Part shown: one piece after another, positions 1 through 6,776 of the stretch | How the letters are laid out: each line of letters begins with the position of its first letter | How positions within the stretch are numbered: the stretch's first letter is position 1 | DNA from: a virus | Taxonomy: Duplodnaviria > Caudoviricetes | IMG/VR virus record: IMGVR_UViG_3300037354_000025 | Coordinates: 1-27,911 of that record | Length of the DNA stretch: 27,911 nt | Reading direction: 5' to 3' (one strand) | Made by a program: the position numbers and the translations under genes | Notes under the pieces: generated by a model | What the model saw: only the letters and a program-made list of their open reading frames with translations | Databases searched by the model: none | Told to the model about the DNA's origin: nothing

Positions 1-1
1 G

Positions 2-391
2 TGCCGCAAGTTTGCCGAAGACCTGCTCAACATCGTTTCCACCGGCCGCGGCGACGAGACCCTGGTCAACCAGTGGCAGGCCAGCGGGATGGCCAAGTTT
101 GATGCCATATCGGTCGATGCGTTTGTGGCCCAGGCCGTGGACCTGGCCACCGTGACCCTGCATTCCCCGCATGCGGCCAGGCTTTACGAATTGAGCCTGT
201 GGAAGTCCGTGCTGGGAGACGAGGCCAGCGAGGAAGACTTCAAGATCATCAAGGAAGAGCTGGCCGATAACATCACCTCCGAGAGCATGCAGCCGCTGCC
301 AAAGGTGGACATGAGCGGTGACTTCAAGGGGTCCAAGCCGGGCGATGGGGCGACCAAGAAAGAACTTCCAGGCGTTGCCGCTGCGGCGTAG
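2..391 (+). CDS. Probable portal protein, C-terminal fragment (5' truncated by window)
   Basis: Frame is open from base 2 (CRKFAEDLLNIVSTG...GMAKFD...) to TAG at 391, with strong GC3 bias. Lies upstream of the MuF gene and ends in an acidic helix plus low-complexity tail, as portal C-termini often do. Assignment is mostly from synteny. Confidence 0.6.
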   Translation, partial: CRKFAEDLLNIVSTGRGDETLVNQWQASGMAKFDAISVDAFVAQAVDLATVTLHSPHAARLYELSLWKSVLGDEASEEDFKIIKEELADNITSESMQPLPKVDMSGDFKGSKPGDGATKKELPGVAAAA

Positions 392-412
392 TATGGCGAG
401 CGGAGGGTAACA

Positions 413-805
413 ATGAGCGATAGTTCTGCCAATCCGCGCGCACTTCTGATGGACACGTTGCCGCCGCTGCTTCCGCCCGGGCACGCGGTCAACTGCTCAC
501 TGCAAATCCAGGTTGTGTGCAATGACCGCATCAACCTGTACTTCGCGCACGAAGGGGAGCCGCCGGTCGAAGAGAGGAAGCGAAACCACGAGATGGGCAC
601 TCCGCTTCCGCCCGAGGATTGCGACGTCATCGTCGTCCTATGCACGTCAGCGCAACATGTGATGGCGCCGGCCATCGTGGGGCCAGGCGGACAGCGCACG
701 CAGCCCAATGCTTCGACGGTGGCACACACGGTACTGGCGCGCGTCCCGCTGGCAGATTGGCAGGCGAGCCATCTGGGAAACCTGCGGGGAGGGAATCCGT
801 CGTGA
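413..805 (+). CDS. Hypothetical protein (130 aa)
   Basis: GGAGG SD upstream of ATG 413. Stop overlaps the next GTG (GTGA at 802-805). No recognisable motif. Confidence 0.6.
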   Translation: MSDSSANPRALLMDTLPPLLPPGHAVNCSLQIQVVCNDRINLYFAHEGEPPVEERKRNHEMGTPLPPEDCDVIVVLCTSAQHVMAPAIVGPGGQRTQPNASTVAHTVLARVPLADWQASHLGNLRGGNPS

Positions 806-1167
806 CCCTCGGCAACGTAATCGAGGAGGCGCACGCGAGGTGCCACGCACTGCTGCTCGACGTTGCCACGAAGTTCTGGCACAGCCCGCCGGGGGCGCTG
901 CTGAACGAGGCCGCCTCGAACATGGCGTACAGTCTGGAGTACGTTCGCGGGACATGCGCTGAGCAGGCCAAGACCATCGGTAAGATGCAGGAGCGCGAGC
1001 GCACGTTGCGCGCCGACATCGAAAGAATCCGAGAGCATGCCCGGGTGAACAGAGCCACCGGGGAGCGTGCGCTCGCGGACAGCATCGAGGCAGAGAAAAA
1101 ACTCGCAGCCGTAACCGCCGAGCGCGACCGCTTCGCGCTGGAGCTGGCGCGTAGAGTGCGGGAATGA
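802..1167 (+). CDS. Hypothetical coiled-coil protein (121 aa)
   Basis: GTG 802 with GGGAGGG SD, coupled to the upstream stop. E/R/A-rich heptad-like C-terminal half. Ends 3 nt before the MuF start. Confidence 0.65.
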   Translation: MTLGNVIEEAHARCHALLLDVATKFWHSPPGALLNEAASNMAYSLEYVRGTCAEQAKTIGKMQERERTLRADIERIREHARVNRATGERALADSIEAEKKLAAVTAERDRFALELARRVRE

Positions 1168-1170
1168 TTC

Positions 1171-3000
1171 ATGGGTAGCAACCGCGCCGCCGTCCAGCGA
1201 GTCCTCGACCAGACCGTACGAAGTATGGAGGGTATCGAGACCCCTGTCCTGCGCGCGTTCATGCCGGTGCTTCACGCTGCCCAGCGCGAGGTTGAGCAAG
1301 AGTTGCGCCTGTGGCTGCACTCGCACCACGGGACAGACACCTGGACAGCGCAGCGCTACCGGAATGCCCTTGGGGTCATCAACAAGGCCATCCGCAAGGG
1401 CGGCGGCGACCTCGGCGACAAGATGGAAGGAGCCCTCAAGACCTCGGCGAAGAAGCTCGGGCCGATGAGCCACGCCAATGTCCTCCGAGAATGGAACGCC
1501 TTCTCGCACATCTTCGAGGGCTCGGTGCAACCACTGCCTATCGACGAGGCCATCGTCATCACCCGAGGGAACAAGCTGCTGTGGCCAGAGTTTGAGTCGT
1601 CGGCCGAGAAGTACGCGGGGAGCATCGGAGAGAAGGCGAAGTTGCAGCTCGCAATCAGCCGGGCGAAGGGCGAGACGATTCACGAGGCAACGAACCGATT
1701 GCAGAAGTTTCTGCCCGGCGTGTTTCGCAACGAGCGGTCGGATGCCGAGAGGCTTGTCCTCACGGAGTGCCTAACCGGAGACACCCTTGTCGATACGGCG
1801 GTGATAAGATCGGTTCATCGCAGGGTCTACAGCGGTCCAATGGTTGACATCGTCACCGGACGTGGCCGCAAGTTTTCCGTTACCCCAAATCACCCAATGC
1901 TCACGAGGAGAGGATGGGTTTGCGCGGGAGAGTTGACAGAATGCGACCACCTGATCTACGACGGCCGGGAGAAGCTCAATCCGGTGGCGCTGTACCCAGA
2001 CGTAACAGGATCGCCAGCCAAGATTGGAGAGATATTCGATTCTCTTGCGGCAGTAGGGATCCTTGAACGGCATGGAACTGGAAAGCCAGACTTCCACGGC
2101 GACGGGATGGATGGCCAGGTCGAGATTGCAAACCCCCACGGGGAATTGAGCGTCGGGGTGTTCTCCCCTCTCTTCGAGCATTCTTTGCAGGATGTCTTCG
2201 CCCCATCCGCGTTTGCGGAGTCGTTTTTTTGCGACAGATGCCATCGACTGCTGTCTCAGCAAGGGCAGCGTTGCGAATGCCCCGTAGCGCATGACGGTTC
2301 CCATCTTTCGCAGTCTCATGGCGACGGCGGTATGGCAGATGCCGACCTTGGAGGAGATCGCTGGAGTGCTACACCCAGACTCGTACATTGCTTTGATTTC
2401 GGCATCGACAACGTCGTGGCGCCACTTCCAATTTTTCCCACCTCTGGCATGGAAGGCATATCTGGCCTGAGACAGGGTGCGGGAGACTCCGGCCTCTTTG
2501 ATCCTACGGAATACCCACAGCGGGCTGACGTGAAGGAGCTTGGCGACCTCGATTCCGCTGTGTCCGGACACGTACATCTCGATTGCGTTGCGTCTGTAAG
2601 AATCAGGCAGTTTAGCGGCCATGTGTTCAACCTTTCGACCCCCTACGGGTATTTCACGATAGACGGAGTCTACACCGGGAACACCCACCACGCCTACAAC
2701 ACGTTCCACCACGAGAGCATCCTGCAGGCCCACCAGGAGGACGACCAGATCTGCCAGCGCTGGGAGGCCAGTTACGACGGCCGGCGGTGCCCAGCCTGCG
2801 CGTACCTCGACGGCAAGGTCGTGGCGGTGGACGGCGAATTCAAGGCCGAGTGGATGCAGGGCGGGAAGCCGCACGTCCTGATTCGAGAGTACCCGCCCCT
2901 TCATCCGCGGTGTAGGTGCGTACTGGTCGCCTGGCGCGCATCGTGGGCGTCGTTTGCGAACCCGAGAAGCATTGAAACGCTTGCCAGGGCGGCGGCGTGA
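1171..3000 (+). CDS. MuF / SPP1 gp7-like minor head morphogenesis protein, intein-containing (609 aa precursor, 304 aa after splicing)
   Basis: Removing the intein restores the MuF-type motif AERLVLTE|THHAYN. It is followed by RWEASYDGRRCPAC..LDGK and PPLHPRCRC, the hallmark Cys/His motifs. Located between portal and scaffold. Confidence 0.92.
   Translation: MGSNRAAVQRVLDQTVRSMEGIETPVLRAFMPVLHAAQREVEQELRLWLHSHHGTDTWTAQRYRNALGVINKAIRKGGGDLGDKMEGALKTSAKKLGPMSHANVLREWNAFSHIFEGSVQPLPIDEAIVITRGNKLLWPEFESSAEKYAGSIGEKAKLQLAISRAKGETIHEATNRLQKFLPGVFRNERSDAERLVLTECLTGDTLVDTAVIRSVHRRVYSGPMVDIVTGRGRKFSVTPNHPMLTRRGWVCAGELTECDHLIYDGREKLNPVALYPDVTGSPAKIGEIFDSLAAVGILERHGTGKPDFHGDGMDGQVEIANPHGELSVGVFSPLFEHSLQDVFAPSAFAESFFCDRCHRLLSQQGQRCECPVAHDGSHLSQSHGDGGMADADLGGDRWSATPRLVHCFDFGIDNVVAPLPIFPTSGMEGISGLRQGAGDSGLFDPTEYPQRADVKELGDLDSAVSGHVHLDCVASVRIRQFSGHVFNLSTPYGYFTIDGVYTGNTHHAYNTFHHESILQAHQEDDQICQRWEASYDGRRCPACAYLDGKVVAVDGEFKAEWMQGGKPHVLIREYPPLHPRCRCVLVAWRASWASFANPRSIETLARAAA
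1768..2682 (+). mobile_element. Class-1 intein (305 aa, Cys200-Asn504, +1 Thr) in MuF
   Basis: Block A CLTGDTLV; block B FSVTPNHPMLT (TxxH) then GWVCAGEL; block F GHVFNLST; block G YFTIDGVYTGN|T. The penultimate residue is Gly instead of His. Codon usage is visibly less GC3-biased than in the exteins. Confidence 0.93.
1771..2622 (-). CDS. Antisense-encoded 2xHTH + Vsr/DUF559-like (PD-(D/E)xK-related) putative homing endonuclease, 283 aa, nested in the intein
   Basis: ATG at 2622 is preceded on the minus strand by GAAAGGT-N7 (SD). HTH-like repeats IEMYVSGHSGIEVAKLLHVSPLWVFRRIKEAGV and IKAMYESGCSTPAISSKVGICHTAVAMRLRKMG. Nuclease-like segment GEDILQRMLEERG..DAQFPVGVCNLDLAIHPVAVEVW...RKRIEYLSNLGWRSCYVW. 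Stop TAG is the reverse complement of intein codon 2. Confidence 0.82.
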   Translation of the reverse strand: MAAKLPDSYRRNAIEMYVSGHSGIEVAKLLHVSPLWVFRRIKEAGVSRTLSQARYAFHARGGKNWKWRHDVVDAEIKAMYESGCSTPAISSKVGICHTAVAMRLRKMGTVMRYGAFATLPLLRQQSMASVAKKRLRKRGWGEDILQRMLEERGEHPDAQFPVGVCNLDLAIHPVAVEVWLSSSMPFKDPYCRKRIEYLSNLGWRSCYVWVQRHRIELLPAVVDQVVAFCQLSRANPSSPREHWVIWGNGKLAATSGDDVNHWTAVDPAMNRSYHRRIDKGVSG

Positions 3001-3212
3001 TGTTTCGCCTGAATTCCTCCGGCATCGATGCCATGTGCAAGAGGGAGAGGATCATCGCGAGAATGAAGAACGCGCTCGGTAAGGACTTCTCGCAGGACCT
3101 GGTGGCGGCCTTGAACGAAAAGGCTACGTCCAGCGTCGCGCCCAACGAAGATGCGTTTGAGTGGTACGCCGAGAAGCTCATTAGCGACTCTCTCGCAGGA
3201 TGGAAGCTATAG
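3000..3212 (+). CDS. Small hypothetical protein (70 aa)
   Basis: ATG overlaps the MuF stop (TGATG). Fills the gap to the scaffold gene. No motif recognised. Confidence 0.5.
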   Translation: MFRLNSSGIDAMCKRERIIARMKNALGKDFSQDLVAALNEKATSSVAPNEDAFEWYAEKLISDSLAGWKL

Positions 3213-3265
3213 ATTCAGATTCCGCTCACGGGCGGCCAACAACAAGCACAGGAGAGCAAAGTACC

Positions 3266-4027
3266 ATGCCCATTACCGACGAAGACAAAGCCACCATCAC
3301 GGCGCTCATCAGCGAGGCCATCACGGCCGCCATGCCCGCGGTCCTGGACCCCATCAAGAAGGAATTCGGCCGCATGGCCAACGGGGCGGCGACAACGGCT
3401 GCCACCGCCGCCGTGAAGGGACTCAGGGAAAAGCTGGAGGCGCTCCCGGACGCCGAAGGACTGGCCACGCTCATCGACGCCAAGATCGGCGAGAAGGTGC
3501 CGGCCAAGGTCGATCCCGCGAAGGCGGGCGGCGAGCAGATGACCATCGAGAAGGCGGTCGCCGACGCCACTCGGGCAGTCGAGGCGAAGTTTCAGAAGCA
3601 ACTCGACACGGTCAATACCAAACTGAAGGCCGAGGCCGACGAGAAGGCCGAGATCCTGACGAAGCAGCAGCGCACTGAGGAGCGCACGATGCTGGGCAAG
3701 GTTTTGGAATCCGCGGGCGTCAAGTCGCCAACGCTTCGCCAGGGCGCCCTTGCTCTCATGATCGATCGCGGTGTCGTGGCCAGGGACGCCGATGGCAACG
3801 TCGTGTTCAAGTCCAAGGACAAGCGCGGAGCCGAGGAGGTCCTATCGCTGGAAGAAGGCATCACCGCGTGGGTGGCCACCGATGAGGGCAAGGAATACCT
3901 GCCCGCGAAGGACAGCGGTGGAAGCGGAGATCCCAAGGGTGGCAAGGGCGGAAACAACGGCGGGAAGGTTCCCGACGGGTGGGTTGATCCGCGCGCCGCC
4001 ATGGCTGTGCTCAATCGGAGGGGTTGA
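3266..4027 (+). CDS. Capsid scaffolding protein (253 aa)
   Basis: AGGAG SD before ATG 3266 (MPITDEDK). A/E/K-rich helical coiled coil and a Gly-rich C-terminal linker (GGSGDPKGGKGG). Immediately precedes the capsid gene. Confidence 0.8.
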   Translation: MPITDEDKATITALISEAITAAMPAVLDPIKKEFGRMANGAATTAATAAVKGLREKLEALPDAEGLATLIDAKIGEKVPAKVDPAKAGGEQMTIEKAVADATRAVEAKFQKQLDTVNTKLKAEADEKAEILTKQQRTEERTMLGKVLESAGVKSPTLRQGALALMIDRGVVARDADGNVVFKSKDKRGAEEVLSLEEGITAWVATDEGKEYLPAKDSGGSGDPKGGKGGNNGGKVPDGWVDPRAAMAVLNRRG

Positions 4028-4034
4028 TTTCCTG

Positions 4035-4075
4035 TTGCGTTCTTTTTGCATTCGTGGATACAGTATCAGCATGCT
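4035..4075 (+). promoter_or_regulatory. Candidate sigma70-type promoter(s) for the capsid transcript, with overlapping palindrome
   Basis: AT-rich island containing TTGCGT-N18-TACAGT (4035-4064) and TTGCAT-N18-CATGCT (4046-4075). The palindrome GATAC-A-GTATC (4057-4067) overlaps the first -10. Confidence 0.4.
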
Positions 4076-4076
4076 A

Positions 4077-4206
4077 GAGGCGGCATAGGCCCTCAAGGTC
4101 GCGGCGACCCATAGCCGAGTACGCAGGCACGGCGATACAGTGCGAGGAGGCGGGCTCTTCTCCAACCCGAGGATGCGAGCGCGGCATTACAGCGCGGAAC
4201 AACCTC
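4077..4206 (+). ncRNA. Candidate tandem structured RNA leader of the major capsid gene
   Basis: Two units, 4077-4144 and 4147-4196, each GAGG-CGGS...SCCG-AGKAYGCRR-GCRC-GGCRWTACA-GYGC-G, with compensatory base changes in both stems. Confidence 0.55.
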
Positions 4207-4224
4207 AAAAACGGAGATCCCGCC

Positions 4225-5346
4225 ATGGCCGATAGAACGCAAGTTTCCGAAGCATCCATCCTCGCTACGATTTTCCAGAACAAGGTCGCCTCCCAAATCA
4301 ACCGTGCCTGCGTCGGGTTCCAGTACCTGCCCAAGCGCCCCCTTGACCCAGGCGCGCAGAACATCACCTGGGACATCAAGAGCGGCAGCGCTGGAAGCGC
4401 GGGAACTGCCCCCATCGCGGACGGCGCGAACGCCACGAACATCGGCGTTTCCACTCTCGGCAAGGCCTCGCTGAACGTGGTGACCTACCACAAGGGCTTC
4501 TCGGTCACCCGGCTCGCGACCTTCCTGGCCAACTGGAGCGGGAACCCGTCCGACCTCAAGAACATCAAGATGTTCGAACTCGACGACGCGGCCCAGACCC
4601 TCGGCGTTGACATGGCCGTGGACACCCTCACGGGCGACGGCTACGGCGACGGCACCAACATCCCGGCCAGCGGGTTCTTGGCCCCCGATCCATCCGACGC
4701 CACCAAGCACACCGGTGCGTTCATGGATACCGGCTCGTATGCCGGCGTCGCTCGCTCCACCATCACGCAGTTCAAGGGCAACCCCATGAACCTCAAAGCG
4801 GAGACCGGCGGGGCCCTGAGCCTGGCTCCCATGCGCAAGATGATCTCCAAGATCGTCAGCCGCGATCCTCTCTCGCGTCGGCCCACCGTCATCCTGGCCA
4901 GCACCCTGTGCTACGACCAGTTCGTTTCGATCTTCGACGCCCAACGGCGCTACGACATCGACGTTCTCCGAACTCAGGCCGGCAACGAGATCCGTCTCGA
5001 CGCGGGCACCGAGGTGGCGACGTTCGACGGCATCCCCGTCATTCGCGACACCCGCATCCCGGAGACGACCACCGGGACGCTGCTGTTCTGGAACCTCGAC
5101 GAACTCGCGATCCGCTACGTTCCCATGCCGTCCGCCGCGGACTACGAGCAGGGCAACGTGACGGTCTCCCCGATCGTCAACACCATCGGCTCGGGCAACA
5201 TGAGCACGGGAACCGGCATCATGGGCGAGATCATCAAGCTCGGCATGCTGGGCAACAAGGAAACCTACGTGATCTACACGTACTGGCAGGCCCAGTGCGA
5301 GACCCCGTCCAGCTGCGGCTATATGTACAACATCTCGCTCACCTAA
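4225..5346 (+). CDS. Major capsid protein (373 aa, HK97-fold expected)
   Basis: GGAG SD, very strong GC3 bias, size, and position after the scaffold. The motif ATFDGIPVIRDTRIP is typical of capsid P-domains. Confidence 0.88.
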   Translation: MADRTQVSEASILATIFQNKVASQINRACVGFQYLPKRPLDPGAQNITWDIKSGSAGSAGTAPIADGANATNIGVSTLGKASLNVVTYHKGFSVTRLATFLANWSGNPSDLKNIKMFELDDAAQTLGVDMAVDTLTGDGYGDGTNIPASGFLAPDPSDATKHTGAFMDTGSYAGVARSTITQFKGNPMNLKAETGGALSLAPMRKMISKIVSRDPLSRRPTVILASTLCYDQFVSIFDAQRRYDIDVLRTQAGNEIRLDAGTEVATFDGIPVIRDTRIPETTTGTLLFWNLDELAIRYVPMPSAADYEQGNVTVSPIVNTIGSGNMSTGTGIMGEIIKLGMLGNKETYVIYTYWQAQCETPSSCGYMYNISLT

Positions 5347-5379
5347 CCCTCCTGACCGAACAGGAAAGGACGGCAAATC

Positions 5380-6363
5380 ATGGGATCGAAATTCATCAAT
5401 CTTGGAGACTCGACGGGCACCAGCACCGCCGCTCTCACGGAAGCAGGAATCGGCCAACTCGAGGATGTCTACGTTTCCGTTGACGGGGTCTTTTCCGCCA
5501 CGGCGAACGTGGAGGTCTCCTCGGACGGTGGCACAACCTGGGAGTCGTATTCGGCCCCCACTTCGGCCAAGACGCTGGTCGGCCCCTTGCCTCCGTGCCA
5601 CCTGGTACGCGGCAAGCCGTCGGCGCACGCCAGCGGGACGGTGTCGTACCGCCTCTCTGGCAAGCTCAACCGAGACAACCTTCGCCTTCCCGTTGGGGAG
5701 ACGGTGGCCGGGCTCATGCAGGACATCGTCCCCACGGTAGCCAGCGGTTCGCAGACCATCACGGCGGTGGCGAAAGCCAACATCGCCGCCGATGGTGGAA
5801 CCAACGACTACTTCTCGGTCACCGACAGCGTCACCACCGTGACCTTCGAACTGAAGCGTGGCGGTGGAACCTACGTTCCCGTGGCGGGTCGTACGTTGAT
5901 CGACTGCACCGGAGCCACCAGCGCCACCGACGTTGCCGTGCTCATCGCTGCGGCTGTCGCTGCGGCCTTCCCGACGAATCTGTCGGTTCCCGTGCCCACC
6001 ACGGCAGTTCTCACCGCGACGGCCGTCGCCGGGAAAACCGTTCTGTTCACGGAGCACGTGGCAGACGCGGGGTTCCTGCTCGGGGCCGTCAACAAAGGCA
6101 TCGGCTACGATGTCAGCGGCTGCGGCATCCCGCAGGTCTGGGTGAAGTCGGCTGACTTCGTCGGGACCTGGGCGGTGTCGATGTCGTTCGATGGTGGAGC
6201 CACCTGGGCTTACGCTGCCACGCCTGCGGTGGTATCCAGCGGGGCGACGACAACCCTCGTCACCTGCCCATGCCGAGCCACTCACGTGCGCATCGAGGCG
6301 ACCGTCTACACGAGCGGTACCCTTTCCGCTCGCTACGGCGCTCGCAAAGAGCCACGGGTGTAA
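5380..6363 (+). CDS. Virion structural protein, probable capsid decoration/cement (327 aa), with duplicated beta-sandwich
   Basis: AAAGGA SD; directly follows the capsid gene. Repeats VEVSSDGGTTW...SGTVSYRLSG and VSMSFDGGATW...SGTLSARYGA flank a T/A/V-rich middle domain. Confidence 0.6.
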   Translation: MGSKFINLGDSTGTSTAALTEAGIGQLEDVYVSVDGVFSATANVEVSSDGGTTWESYSAPTSAKTLVGPLPPCHLVRGKPSAHASGTVSYRLSGKLNRDNLRLPVGETVAGLMQDIVPTVASGSQTITAVAKANIAADGGTNDYFSVTDSVTTVTFELKRGGGTYVPVAGRTLIDCTGATSATDVAVLIAAAVAAAFPTNLSVPVPTTAVLTATAVAGKTVLFTEHVADAGFLLGAVNKGIGYDVSGCGIPQVWVKSADFVGTWAVSMSFDGGATWAYAATPAVVSSGATTTLVTCPCRATHVRIEATVYTSGTLSARYGARKEPRV

Positions 6364-6365
6364 CG

Positions 6366-6776
6366 ATGGCGATTCAGCTCGCACGCTGGATCAACCTCAC
6401 GGACCGCCCTATCACCTTTGTGAAGGGCGTGTCTGGGGTACCCTGGCCTGGTTGCGATTCGCAGCCGGGCGGGGTCGTCGAGGCTCCCGAGGGATACGAG
6501 CGCACATGCCTGGAAGCGGGCTACACGCGCTTGACGCCAGATCTGCAAGCGTCGATGGAAGAGGCGCAGATCAAGGCGATGATTGCCGAGGATGATGCGA
6601 AGGTGGGAGTCAAGATCGAGCGCGTGGAGGCGCCAAGCTCGAACCCTGACCAGCTCACCCTGAGCGCTGTCTCAACGGAACCCGAAGCGCCCCAAGAGCA
6701 GGACGCGGAGCCAGAACCGGAGCATCCGGCGGTGCCCGTCCCTGCAAAGGGAAGGCGTCGTGGCCGCACTGACTGA
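6366..6776 (+). CDS. Hypothetical head-associated protein (136 aa)
   Basis: ATG 6366 (MAIQLARW) lies 2 nt after the previous stop. E/P-rich tail ending in basic KGRRRGR, as often seen in post-capsid genes. Confidence 0.65.
   Translation: MAIQLARWINLTDRPITFVKGVSGVPWPGCDSQPGGVVEAPEGYERTCLEAGYTRLTPDLQASMEEAQIKAMIAEDDAKVGVKIERVEAPSSNPDQLTLSAVSTEPEAPQEQDAEPEPEHPAVPVPAKGRRRGRTD

Noticed and set aside
184-1683. 499-aa minus-strand ORF
   Set aside because: Shadow across several + strand genes; composition typical of non-coding antisense frames.
2623-2904. N-terminal 94 codons of the listed 377-aa antisense ORF
   Set aside because: Mostly a shadow of the MuF C-extein (V/G/L-rich). The SD and first HTH point to ATG 2622 as the real start.
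4077-4206. Glycine riboswitch or self-cleaving ribozyme identity for the tandem leader
   Set aside because: CCGAGGATGCGA loosely recalls glycine-aptamer CCGAAGGAGCAA, but the CUCAGG element and expected gene context are missing. No hammerhead, twister or pistol core was recognised.
4093-6384. 763-aa minus-strand ORF opposite the capsid and decoration genes
   Set aside because: Codon-aligned shadow of GC3-biased genes: R/G/V/D-rich, with no motifs or SD. Unlike the intein antisense ORF, it shows no domain signature and no boundary match.
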